A DNA stretch of 64,000 bases from Eukaryota sp. GEM-RC1 (lineage: Eukaryota). The notes beneath the pieces are model-generated. The model had not been told where the DNA came from and searched no databases. It worked only from the letters and a program-made list of their open reading frames with translations. Location of the stretch: the NCBI GenBank assembly GCA_040285855.1, contig JAUFOQ010000001.1:3038001-3102000 (forward strand). The letters are read 5' to 3'. Position 1 is the first letter of the stretch, and each line of letters opens with the position of its first letter. A program made the translations under genes and the position numbers. Below, piece by piece: positions 10,327-23,085 of this stretch.

Positions 10327-11624
10327 CTAAACTACCACTACTCCAATGTCATCCTTCAAAAACAATGTTAGGCTCTACCAACTGCAGTCAATGAGTTGGA
10401 GGAATTGTGTACTGTAATTTACTGGAATGAAATGGTGTGAACCTGTTCAAGACAAGAATGTATCATAGATTTTTACTAGTGATTAGCTCATTGTGGTAGC
10501 AAAAGTATTCATAAGAGTAAAACATCAAAATTGCGTCAGAATAAAAGAACATTCTGGACAGATGACAATAGGTACATAACAATTAGTGGAAACCAACATC
10601 AAAAAAGGAAATGGTTAATAACATGTTGTACAGACCCTGCGTGTCACAAACTGAATTGGATTAGAAATTTTAATTTATGATTATTCTTACTCCATGGTTC
10701 CTTAGTCCAAAGTTTAGCTTGCTTGATAGATCCTGCCGTTGTTCCGGAGCGATGCTAGGTATGTTGGGAGTAACAAGATACGATGGAGAGGTACATCGAG
10801 AATGCTTTGACTGACGCTTCACAACAAATTTCTTTGGAAGAGAATCATTACCATATACGGATTATTTTGAGTCCATTTGCACACACATTACAAGCGGTTT
10901 TGGCAGAGCGGGCACCGTACAAGTTCAGGTGAATTTCAAAAAGTAATCAAAACAACCTTCTCAGCTAAGGGCACAAAATTTCAGACTACACTCAATAGGG
11001 ACATTGAGATTGACTCAGCCAACAAACTCTTCGCATAGTTTCTTGAACTCCAAATCTTCATATGTTGAAGCTACACCAGTAGTAGACAGAAAGATGTTCA
11101 TAGAAGAATATGGTTTATAACACTTCACTGTATTATAAAGAGGACGAGAAAAGGATCCTAGCAGTAAATCATCAAATGGCCCTCACTATCAGTTAAGCTG
11201 AGCCAACTTCACAGCAAGGGGTATTCAGATACACCAACGTAATAGATTCCTCAACAGGAAGAGGTACACACTCATGCGGTATCTCTTTAGTGGAAAAGGA
11301 AAACGTTTAGCCATTGTTCTATTAGATGCTTGGTACGTCACTCCTCAAAGCAGAAAACAGCATTCACAGCTATTCTGCAGAATCTATCAGACTTGCTTGA
11401 ATTTGTAGAAGATGAAGGAGTCCACTTTAGCCAGACTCCACTGTACACCAGTGACATCTATGTCCTTTGATACGATGATGGAGATGTGGAACAGTAGAAG
11501 ATATCTTCAATGGGCACACTCTAACGATAGAGTGTCGGAAGTTCTTGTGGAACAACACTGAGAAGAGCCCAGAAAAGACGATTTGTTGTATGAAAAGAGG
11601 TTACATTGGGCGAAAGACGATTCA

Positions 11625-11930
11625 TTGGACAGCGGAGTTTCACCAAAAGAAATGTTTGTTGGGTCAATCAAATTTTAGATCAAACTACTGGGAAGTAGAA
11701 ACTATCAGAGATTTTACTTTTCCGATCAGTCTTTGAATTGAATCCTTCGTATCCTCCTTATCCTGCCTACAACTAAGCTGTATCAGCTGTTATTCCGGTA
11801 TGAGTCAAATCTTATGTGCGTCTTACTCTAGGTCACGTGTACTGTTCCACCTCCCCAGTTTGCTGATGCTCCCAAAAACGAAACAACATATGCTTAGCTT
11901 TAATCTTCTTGATGTTGTTGATCCATCAGC
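11625..11930 (+). pseudogene. Partial duplicate of the upstream region, exon 1 and intron of the 13491 gene
   Basis: Clear nucleotide similarity to ~13378-13690. ATG changed to TTG (11738), premature TAA, 34-nt intron retained at 11798-11831. Confidence 0.8.
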
Positions 11931-12125
11931 AATATAAAAGTATCTTATTGTTATGTCATTCTTTGTCTGAATGTCAACAATGTTCAAGTTGATAATAGTC
12001 GAATCAAGAATTGTGTCTAATTAATCAACTGGAGCCTCGTAAAGTTGCTGCATTAGGATTACATTCAGTATTTTTCAATAGTTGCGTTTCAATAACTTTT
12101 CAGCTCGTATTTGATCTAGTGTCTT

Positions 12126-12240
12126 TAGGGACTGTCAAACAAATTTTGCATTATTGCACAGTCCCAAAAATATATATACTACAGTATTACAATACACCTT
12201 ATTTTGAAATAATTGCAATCACTAAAAATACTACTGACCA
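12126..12240 (+). mobile_element. Degenerate solo end of the 23086-type hAT family
   Basis: TAGGGACTGTCAA followed by TATTGCA/TATTACAATA-like subterminal motifs. No partner end found. Confidence 0.55.
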
Positions 12241-13490
12241 GATATTTCATTACGTAAATTCAACTGCTAACTCACATGAACATCAACCCAGCTCATCAAA
12301 TATGCCTACTTTCTTATGGGTCATCTTGCAGACCCCAGCTCTGGTTGATAGTAAGATGTTGAGTTGTTAACGATCGTGGGTTTAAACTTAATATAGTGTG
12401 AATCATAGCCTTTGTTGTCTTTGGTTGTGTTACAAATTTAAATAACAAAGTTTGAAAGTATCCTGTTGAGCGTCTCCGTAAGTCCTATTTGCTCTCAACT
12501 TCATTACTAGTTGCATGTATTCAACTTAAATGTACATATATTTGACTTTGATTAGATTTTTGCTCTTTATGTTTGTTCAATCTTTCATTTAAACCATCCT
12601 CACTCTTCGTCAGTATCTAGCAATCCAAACCCTTCAACACAATTGCTCACTGCTTGAGTTAGATATGCTCCTCTATTTCAAATGACATCAAAATAGAATC
12701 AGGCTACAGAAAATCCATGAAACGTCTTTGACTTATCTTATGTTATTAGAATTTATCTTATACTGCTGAGTTTTCAAGATACATATATGGTTGATATAGA
12801 TGTTACAATAAGATTAGACTATAAATACATGTATGTAATGTTATTGTACAATATTCATGTATTATACATTGCTGATATTCATATAGTCCACCCCCTCAAC
12901 ATGATCGTCAGACACATGGTCATATTGAAGAGTGAACTATAATTGCTCCATATGGTCGAAAGAAATCGTAAAATCGTATTTAGCCACAATCCTGTAAAGA
13001 CTAACATCGTGTTCTGAAGTTATTTCTTTAATGATCCTAAAGTGATTCATGGTTGTTTCGACTCAAAACAAATCTGCCAAAAGTGTTAGTAAAGTGTTAC
13101 AAATTCATATTATTTGGATTTGTAAACATCTTTTCTCTGCCCTATTTAGCCAAGCGGTATCAATATTTGATTGTCCAAGATGTTTCCATCCATGACCCTA
13201 TAAATGATGGCGAGGATGTACTTCCATGATTCCTTTACTGTATTGTTTTGACAAAACGATTCAAACACTCCGTCGGTCGGACATAAGCACTGAAAAGAGA
13301 ATATGTTGGTTACTGAGAACTGAGTACACTTATTGTAGAAGCACAGGTGTACATACGGTTTGGCCAACAAGATCCAGAGGACAGGGGAGTTTCACCAAAA
13401 GGAGTGTTTGTTGGGTCAATCAAAATCTAGATCATACTACTGGGAAGTAGAAATTATCAGAGATTTCTACTTTTTCGATCCGTCTTTGAA

Positions 13491-15525
13491 ATGAATCCTT
13501 CTTATCCTCCTTATCCTGCCTACAACCAATCTGTATCTGCTGTTCATCCGGTATGAGTGAAATCTGATGTGAATCTTACTCTAGGTTATGAACACTGTTC
13601 CACCTCCCCAGTATGCAGAGTCTCCTAGTAAACGAAACAAGATCTGCTTAGCCTTAATCTGCTGGATGTTGTTGATGATCGTCGTAGCAGTACTGCTGTT
13701 CATTTGGATATCATCTCCAGAGGGTGGTCCCAATGATGAACCAAAAAGTGAAGTTCATATCGAAGGTTACGTGATCTCTGAATCTGGCCTTCCCCTCATT
13801 GCTGACGTCAATATTGTTTGGCGTGTTTGTTTTGAGCGGAACGATGAAACATCTTCCAAAACCATTTCCACAAGAGACAATGGCGCTTTTTCTGCTACTC
13901 TTACCTTGACAAAATCTCATAGCTGCTACGACTCGTTCTACGAATCCACCGTTTACTTTGAGCTATCTAGCCCTGATCATTTGTTCTCTCCAAGAACGAT
14001 ATCTCTTAGTATGATGGATTACGTGCGTGACACGTCAGGTGATACCACCACCTTTGTCGTTGAATACAACTCGTACCTTGTCAGTGGTCAGACTCTGTTC
14101 AATGGTAACTCTGTCGAAAATGATTTTGACTATGAACTAGACCGAACCAATGACGACAAGAGTCATGGTTCAACAGATTCAGAAGGACGTTTCTCCTTCA
14201 CTTTTCGAGGACTTAATCAAGACTACATTGCTCTTCACTTTGAAAACTCTGAGTTGTGTTTGCAAGGGTCTAAAACAGTTGCTATTGTTGATGCAGAAAA
14301 TCTAATTATCGCTATGGAATCTACGGCTCCTCCTACGCTAGTCTCTGGAACTATCATTTATGAAGGATCACCAGTAGTTGCCACTGTTGTAATACGTCCT
14401 TCTGGGGCGCTAGAACCAACTACCTTAACGACTGGCTCGGATGGCAAGTTCTCTACTGAAGTGTTAGCATGTGGTTCCAAAATCCAATTCGAAGTGTCTT
14501 CATCTAGTGACGAGTTTGATCCAACCACAATTGAAAAGTATTTGGATGACGTGACAGACATAGAGATCGCTGTGTATAAGTTTTTCCAAGTAACTGGAGA
14601 TATAACAGTCAATGGTGCTCTTTCTAACCTACTTGACGTTCGTTTGATTGACAAGAATGGAAATAGTTACACACGAACGCCCTCCTCAAGTGGTGCCTAC
14701 ACTTTCTCAGATGTCATCGCAGGCAGTGTTCAAATTGGTTCCAATCCGTACTGGACTTTATCTCGTCAAACATTTACCTTGACTGCTGATCGAACGGTTT
14801 CTCTCTCAGTCTCATTTACCATGTATATTAACGTTCATGCTACGAGTTCAGGAAATGATGTCACTGATGGACAAGCTCGACTCACTTGCACACAACTAGG
14901 ATCAAACTATGTCAACGATCTTGATGCTAACGGCAAGACTCACTGGAACGCATCACCATCGACACTAATTGATGGATGTTTGCTAAGAGTGATTGCCCCT
15001 CGTCATGTTGAATGGGTATCACCAAGTTTTTCTCTAATTCAAACAATCTCCATCGATGCGAAGTTACAAAAGGTTGATGCACTTTCATTTAAATACGACA
15101 ACAATGAAGTAGTTCTTGGAGTCAGAACACCTGACTGGAGGGATTCATCGACCCTACAAACTTGGCACCCCGGAATGGCACCCTCGTGTCGTGGTGGCAG
15201 ACTGTGGACAAATTGTCAATCTGCACCATTTACTTCTGACAATTGCCCATCTCATTTCAACACTCTTAGTTCCTTCATGTATCCTGATTCAGCTGCTACT
15301 ATCACTCAAGCATCTGTTACCATCAACTCTGTTGCATGTACTGAATACCGACTTTCAGATGCTGGCGATTACAACAGACGGTTCTGGTATGTATCACACA
15401 GTGGGTCTCACACTGTTCGTGTGAGAGACAGTGAGTGGATAGGATACTGGACTGGATATCAGGACGTTGAAATCTGGAACTTTAGTGATCACGAGTACTT
15501 GGATAGTTACAGCTTTGGATGTTAA
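13491..15525 (+). CDS. Type II membrane protein with tandem beta-sandwich (carboxypeptidase-regulatory/Cna-B-like) repeats and a Cys/Trp-rich C-terminal domain; exons 13491-13550, 13585-15525
   Basis: Exon 1 encodes MNPSYPPYPAYNQSVSAVHP. A 34-nt phase-0 intron GTATGA...CTTACTCTAG (13551-13584) is followed by a TM helix 'ICLALICWMLLMIVVAVLLFIWI' and repeated 'V/I-x-G...T-x-x-x-G-x-F' units. Confidence 0.8.
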
Positions 15526-16229
15526 CGACAAATTGATATCTGTATAATGTTTTCAATACATACAATAAAGAACCGCCACCTCTAATTGAAATATGTTTCA
15601 GATAGGTTGCGACAAACCTATTGCATTGTGCATTCAGACTTTAATCAGAACCCCATATCCAATCAAAATTTCCATCGTAGTAGATACTCTTACAACAGAT
15701 ACTGTTAGATACGACCAAATAATGGTATATGATGTTTGACGTAAACAGAACAATGAAGATGATCACTCAACTAAAAGTAAGGTGGATAACTGGACTGAAT
15801 TGTAACTTCCTTTGAACAGTCTTAAAACACAAATCGGCTACCAGACGACTGAGGGTAACTGTGATCTTTAACTAAGATGAGCTTCATAATAATCTCACTG
15901 ACATCAATGTCAGGTTTGCAAGATTTTGTTATTACATCGTATTGTTATCAAACAACCGTTACATATTTTACATGTCTCCTTCAGTAGTGTGTGGATGGTT
16001 TTTATGACAACACTGGAAGATGATGTTGTTCGTTACAACATTGACTAATGTTACACTGAAACTGGGATTCAAAGAAGACTGAGTGTTGTTGACACGCCAT
16101 TGTCGTCGTTTGGGTTAAGCACAGTGTGGAAGAATTGATCTATTGATGTTATTTAGTATAGAACACTCAACTTCCCACCTCTAACTTCTTGCTTTATCTC
16201 CGAAATTGACGTCAACTTTACAATTTCCA

Positions 16230-18925
16230 ATGACTGCACACTCATGCTTTGTCTGTAAAGCAATCAGTTCTTACGGAATTGCGATATGTTCTTATCACCA
16301 TGTTTGCTCACAACAATGTCTTGCCATTTATAGAGCAAAACCTTGCATGCATGGCTCTTCTCTCTCATCCACTTCATCAACCACAATATATCCCTCCCAA
16401 CCCTTACATTTCCCCCAATCGTTATTAATATTGATCAAATACCACCTCCTGAGACGTCTTTACCTATCTCACCGTACAACTAATCACACGGATTCCCATC
16501 ATATGCTGCGTTCTTTAATAAATCTGTTCCCTTCTTTCTTTACAGACATTGGATTCACAAGCCAAAGATTCTTTGATTCTGCTGTATCTGCAATTAAACT
16601 CTTGTTTGAATCAACAATCTTTCAAATTCTTCCTAATCATCTTACCACCCTGACTTCTATCGCTTCTGTCTTTGATGCCCAACCTCGTTCTGTTATGTTG
16701 GAAGTGACTCGAAGCTCTAAGGTTGAAGAGTTTGCTCCTTTTACCACGATTATATGTGGTCTATTTTTAGATACTGACACGTTTACTAATTACGAGTTTT
16801 TTTGTCGATCCTCTCCTCTCTTCTGCCCACGTCTTACTCATTTAACAGTCGATGATTACTTTACTGAAGCTTCATTCACTGTTTTTGTAATCTACTATCA
16901 AAAAACCAATCAGTTGAACTCTTTGAGCTCTTTCTGAATCGTATTTCGGTTTCCAGAATTACTGCACTTGCAGAGGTGTTTTTAGTTAACACTTCCTTAA
17001 AACGAGTCAGACTCTCTTATACTGGCTCTCCACTGGAAGATGAAGAGTTAAGGCCTCTGTTTGTTGGACTAGCAAATAATAATTCAAAACTTCAAAAACT
17101 TGATCTATCTCATTTTCCAGTTAGAGATTCTTCTGTTATTATTCCACTGCTGAATGGTTCCGGTCTTAGAAGTTTCGAATTGCCACGTGTCCATCATGTC
17201 AACAGTGATGTGTTGTCCGCGCTTAAAGATAATGTTTCGATTAAAGATGTTACTCTGCAGTACACCGTTTTCGAAACAGAAGACCTTCCGAAGTCATACA
17301 ATTCAATCAATATTTAAAAAGTCTGGAACTTAGAGTCTGTGCATTCCAATTTATTCCCATTTTTGATTCTCTTCAGCATAATTCTTCCTTAATAGAGTTT
17401 GCAATTCTTAAAGCTAAGAAACCTTTCAATGACCTCGACACCACATCATTGGTTAAAATGTTACAACACAACACCAGTTTACTTGTACTTACTCTAAGTG
17501 GCTCCTTTTTTAATTTATCTCAATTTAAGTCAATTCTTTTAGCTCTTGAACAAAATTCAGTGTTGATGAAGATTAAATTTCATTCCTTGGATTTAGGGTG
17601 TTTACTGTTTGCTTTCAACTCTATTCTGACTAAACAAACAAGGACTATCATTGACTATTCCCCTCATTTTATTGATTTAGCTACATGTAATGATGTATTT
17701 ACATTTTCTCCTGATGATTTTATTTCAATTACTGCTGATGAAATCTCTTCTCTAAAGTCCTTTTGCAGTGTTTTAGTTTCAAAGATCTTGCAATTAGAGG
17801 ATGTGTATTTGACGATTTTGCAATCATTGCTTTATGTGATTTAATCATGACGTGTTCGTCGTTGACTTCTGTTGACATCAGTGATTGTAAGCTCTCTGAT
17901 GAGGAAATCATTAACATTGCTACTACACTCCAATTCAATTCTAATTTAACCATGGCTAATCTCAGCTACAATGATATTAAACTTAATGGCCTTTTAACTG
18001 TTTTTGAACTAATTTCATCACATAAGTTGACCAAAAACGTGCTCACGAGTCCTTACTCAATTGACACAGATCTTGGATCAATTTGTTACAAAAGTGAGAC
18101 AAGAGGGTCTGATTTACGAGCTCTTCTAAAGCTCTCAAATCAAACGTTCCGATCAAACGTGTTGATTGCCTTGGATTGCGATGTCAAGGTTTTCCAGCGC
18201 TTATTGCTCTTTATCAAATTCTCTACATTGATCCAGAAGTGATTGAAGTCGATATCGTCCCTCACGTGATCAATGTATCACAAGGATATCTTTTCTGTGA
18301 AAATGTCATACAAACTAAAGGTTTAATAGCACTATTAAATGCCTTAGAATCACATGTTTTGATTAAACGTGTTGATTGTCTTGGATTGGCGAACCCAAAT
18401 CTAGAAGGACTTATAGCTTTATTTAAAATTCTTTCAATTGACAAATCAGTGATAGATGTTGATTTTTCTCCTCATTTAATTGATCTTGAAAACGGTACTT
18501 TTTGTTTTTCACCTCCGAAAACTATGCACTTAACTGTTACTGAAGTCACATCTTTGAAGGATTTTACTCAAAGTTTTAGTCTGCAAGGGTTATCTTTAAG
18601 AGGGTGTCGTTTAACAAAAGAAGGTATGACTGTTTTATGCGACTTGTTGAGGGTTAATCGCTCTTTGACTTTGTTTGACTTAGTCAAGTGTAGTCTTTCG
18701 GATGACGATATCAAGAAAATTATTGACTCTCTCCAGACCAATCAGTGTAGTAAAGTTTCCAAAATGAATTTCAGTAATAATTCTATTTCAAATGAGGGTG
18801 TTACAGCCTTGGCTGAATATATCAAAGATCATTCTAATATGGAAGTGGTTATGAGTAATAATTGTGTCAACGCAAAAACCAAGGAATTAATTAAAGAAAT
18901 CTCAGCTAATCGTATTTGTTGTTGA
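16230..18925 (+). CDS. Lineage-specific RNI-like LRR protein, frameshifted across five ORFs
   Basis: Shared N-terminal block 'FPQSLLILI...PSFF..IGFTSQRFFDSA' followed by RNI-like repeats. ORFs 16206, 16976, 17449, 17763 and 18176 are collinear. Confidence 0.75.
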
Positions 18926-19299
18926 TTACATTATACTTTTAAAAACTTTCCAAAATATGGTTTCACTAAACAAGATTTTTTGCAGTGATTTAGAATTGAA
19001 TTTTAATTTTTGGCTTGCTTCTCATTGAGCTTAAAAGGCTATTAAACGTTCTCGTTACTTTTGAGTTGATGAACACAGCACTGTATCAAGACTCAAAATT
19101 TTAAATTTTAATATTTGTTAAAGTTCTGTTTCAATACCATTTAGATTTGCTATCTACATGACCATGTACTGTACGATAACAATATATATCATTTCATTTA
19201 ATTGACATTGACGTTATCCGTCAGTGAATAATACAAAGAATTGAATCTAAAATAATGTACAATAATTGAAAATAGTATGAAATGATTTCAATTGGTACA

Positions 19300-21073
19300 C
19301 TATTTAATGTTCTTTTTAAATGTAACAGATTCACTTTTAATAGCTCTTACTAGATGATCAAGGTCACTCAAGTCAACAGAAGTCAATCGATATCGTCCCA
19401 ACGCAATCAAATCATATAAAACACTTATAGCATCATCTGGATATTGACAACGTTGAATAGTAAACTGTTTAATATCAAACTGATCTAAAATTGACTTTAG
19501 AAAAGACACTTGTACTGCTGAAACAGGAGTCAATCTGGGAGGAGATAAACAAAAGGTACCACCTTCAATATCAATAGAATGAGGTGAAAAATCAATCTCA
19601 ATCAATGAATTGTTAACTGAAAGTATTGCAAACAGAGCAACAAGACCTTTTAGACTTAGATTTCGAGACCCAAGACATTCTACACGTTTGATAGGAACCT
19701 GTAAACTAACAACAGTCCAAAGAGCAGCTAAATCACGGTTAAGAACTGTGCTATCATAATTTACACATCCATTAAAAAGATCAATTGAATGAGGGTAAAC
19801 ATCGATTAAACAATGGGATCTATTCAACAACACGTGTTCATAGACTAATAGGAGAGGTCCCAGTTCCAAGTCTGGGAAACTGACATTCTTTAAGGCTGAA
19901 TTACTTTCAATGGCGTTGAGAATGGTGTTGAAGTGGGTGAAGGAAAATAAAGAACCAGAAATGGTTAATAAAAGTAAAGTATTGTTGTTTTTAATCATTT
20001 CGGCTAAAGCGTGGAGTTCAACTTCATTGAAAGGTTCACTTACGTCATTAAGTATAAACTCTAACAATGAATTGTTTGTCTCAAGAGATTTAAAAAGAGG
20101 AGAGAAATCAATCGAACAATAGCTGAATTCAATTCTTTTCAAGTAGGAATTGTACTTTAGGACATCAGCAAAGTCTTCAGAATTGAAGTTTGTACAACTA
20201 AAGGCAATTTCTCTAATAGATGAATTATCTTTTAAAGCTGACAGTACTACGGAATCCACAAAAGAAGCCTTTGGAACTATTAAAGTTCTAATTGATTTGC
20301 TTCTAAAAATAGGAACAAAGGCAGTAATTGAATCCAGTGATACTAATGAGTAAAATTCAAATTCTTTGAGGAGACTGTTTTGAGACAAGGCTTTCATTAG
20401 TAGACGTAATTGTTTATCCTCTAGTTTATATGAGTGTTGAAAAATTCGAATCGTTTTTAGCGTGTTGCTTGTTCGAAATACCTTAGCTAAGTCAGAAGTT
20501 TGACTAGAAGTTAAGCTTGTGAACTCTAAAGCTAATTCAGTGAGCAATGAATGATTGAGAATGAAGTCACTGAATGAAGTGAAAGAGAGTTTCGAATAGA
20601 TACCAAGATCAAGTCGTTTAAGGTGAGAAAGATAAAAAGGAGATGATTGGTGTAAGAAGTTAAAATCTTTGAGGTAGTCCATGTTGATTCTTAAGGCTGA
20701 GACGATATGTGGGCAGCTATGAATGTCTTGATCACCGAAAGACTCATTGGTTTGTAGATAAACAGAGTGCAACTCTGCACCAAAGAGAGAAGCAATAGAA
20801 GAAAGTAGTGGGAAGTCTTTTGGAACTAAGGGGATTGTGTTTGTTTCCAAAGAAGATACGAGCTGATGAAAGAGTAGAGTCATAGAAGCGTTGACTGACA
20901 TAGCCAACTTTGTTGAAGAAATGAGGTAGTTCTTCTGTCAGAACAACAAGAGAAAGGTGGGGACTTTTGCGATCTTCTTGAAGTGAAGAATTCAAGTACA
21001 GTTTGAGACCATGACTAAAGATCAGTACGAGTAGAGACTCCTGAAAATATAGGAAATTGTCCATTGGACTCAT
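19300..21073 (-). CDS. Lineage-specific RNI-like LRR protein (one frameshift near 20850)
   Basis: ORF 20744-21073 ('FQESLLVLI...ELPHFFNKVGYVSQRFYDS') joins ORF 19300-20907 ('ASLFGAE...LKRLDL', LRRs). Confidence 0.8.
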
Positions 21074-21428
21074 ACTAGAAAAGTAATAAGTAAGTGATTT
21101 TGGATTAAAGACATGTAGTCAAAACACACCCTACATTTGATAGAAAACGTCTTGAATAGAATCACAGTGAGACTATAGTGTTTCCACAAAAACTTTAACA
21201 GAGATTTATCTAAATGTAGATGCAATAAAGGGTTGTCGCAGCAAAGTAACATCAGTAAGAATTCCTTAGCTTTTCCGTGTGATGAATATAACGAGTAAAT
21301 AAAAGAACATATATCTGAGACTGATGTCAAAACTAACAAAAACAAAAAAAACTACAAAATGTTTCAAAACTTGCCTAACATAAACATGTTTTCTAAACAA
21401 TGGAAACTAAAACAAGACAAAACACATC

Positions 21429-21854
21429 CTAAAGCTCATCAAGAATATCTCCACTAGGCCGTGAAGTCTTATGCGGAGGAGCAGATCTCTTGCTGTCAAT
21501 AAGTTCAGCAAAAGATTTTGTACTTTGGGGGCGATCATTACTCCTTTGCTGTCGTTGATGTTCAGAGATCGCATTGAAGAGTTTGACGACGCCCTTGGTT
21601 CCAATCTTGAGGAGAGAGCGTTCGTATGCAGCGTCTTCAGCAGAAGGTAGAACATGAAACTTTTCCCTTGCGTGTCGCCTGAGATGTGTGACTTTACGCT
21701 GTATTTTTTCTTCCAGAATCACCTTGTCTACTTCTTTGTGGAGATTCTCAGATTTGTTTTTAAGTGATGGTTGTTTAGCCTTATTAAGAGCAAATGAAAG
21801 GGCATTGGCAACTGTAAAGTTTTCAGTGTCTGATTCAAGTTCAGGGGTAGTCAT
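21429..21854 (-). CDS. RRP15: Ribosomal RNA processing protein 15
   Basis: Rrp15p motif 'YERSLLKIGTKGVVKLFNAISEHQ'. Start at MTTPE assumed; an alternative ATG is at 21905. Confidence 0.85.
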   Translation of the reverse strand: MTTPELESDTENFTVANALSFALNKAKQPSLKNKSENLHKEVDKVILEEKIQRKVTHLRRHAREKFHVLPSAEDAAYERSLLKIGTKGVVKLFNAISEHQRQQRSNDRPQSTKSFAELIDSKRSAPPHKTSRPSGDILDEL

Positions 21855-22051
21855 TTGTGGTTGTGTTGTTGGATGGAAGAAATTTGTTTTTGAAAAGACA
21901 AACATGAGTCTTCATCATGATCATTCAGAGTTTGTATTTGTCCACACTAAACAAGAATAGGCATACCACTTGTAGTAGTATTAAACACACTGATACACAA
22001 AATAAACCGAATTTATGCTACAACACAAAAAGACAAACTATTCAGTACAAA

Positions 22052-22924
22052 CTACTCGTCATTGGAGTACAGCGAATACAAAGACCATACAGATACAGCA
22101 AGCCCAATATGCCAAATGGCATGTCCCTGAAACAAACTGGTCGGATAACAGATGATGTCATGTACATCCAAATTCCACATGATATAAGAAGCAACGAAGG
22201 CGGTTGCAGCAAGGAGATAGTAGTCTGAAGGTCGTTTTTGACGTATATAAGAAGTGATAGCCTCAGCAACAAAGACTACGGCAATTTCTCCACCCATAAT
22301 GATCCAAGTGAGCTTGCCCCATCTAGCTTTCAATATATTAGCAATGGTAACAAGTATGAACAAGGGATAAAAGACGAGCGCAAAGTTTAGATGAAGGTTC
22401 ATTTTGAACTTGTAGACATCAGCAATGGCCTTGAAAAGTCTGACTATGGAGAAAACAGCGAGATAGAGTCCAATGAAGTGCATTCCCAACCCATCAGCTC
22501 GTTCCCCAAGTAAAGTTAAAGTAGCGTGGTAGAGATAGGAACCAGTTCCGAGAATTATAGAAATGATGGCCATCATTCCCATGTTTAATAACTGGATTGA
22601 GTCCTTTCCATTTCCAGTAAGATGTTTAGTATAGTCATAGAGCATCCATGCACCAACAAAGGAGAAGCTTAAGGAAGACCATGCATTGGAGCGTTGTCGG
22701 CAGAAACTGTCATTGTTTATACGCTCACAGAAGCATGAATTTCTACGGGCACATCCAGCTTGTTCGTAATCTTCGTTCCATCTAATGGTAGAGAAAGCAT
22801 GAGCCCACGCAAAGAACAGTGTGGAGAAGACAACAAACGCGACGAGCGTCCATCTAGCTATCTTGTACAACAAAGGGATGATAGGTCGTCGGGGAACACC
22901 AGCGTCAAGGTCGAATACGTCCAT
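22052..22924 (-). CDS. Ceramidase-like CREST-superfamily 7-TM hydrolase
   Basis: 'CFCE...RQRSNAWSSL', 'GSYLYHATL', 'ERADGLGM' and 'GHAIWH' metal-binding motifs. Confidence 0.85.
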   Translation of the reverse strand: MDVFDLDAGVPRRPIIPLLYKIARWTLVAFVVFSTLFFAWAHAFSTIRWNEDYEQAGCARRNSCFCERINNDSFCRQRSNAWSSLSFSFVGAWMLYDYTKHLTGNGKDSIQLLNMGMMAIISIILGTGSYLYHATLTLLGERADGLGMHFIGLYLAVFSIVRLFKAIADVYKFKMNLHLNFALVFYPLFILVTIANILKARWGKLTWIIMGGEIAVVFVAEAITSYIRQKRPSDYYLLAATAFVASYIMWNLDVHDIICYPTSLFQGHAIWHIGLAVSVWSLYSLYSNDE

Positions 22925-23085
22925 GAAGTCGAATTAATGAACAATTTGTTTCTTGAAAATGTTCATTAACGACAAATCCAACATAATTCCAGAAACTATG
23001 GATCATTCAAACTAGGACACTCTCATAGAGATTGATGAGGTCCAAGTGCAACAAGGAGGGGGAATTTGAAATTAGATCTCTACAG

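Noticed and set aside
10600..11620. Possible degraded minus-strand gene
   Set aside because: Coding-like composition, but many stops in all frames and no assignable motif.
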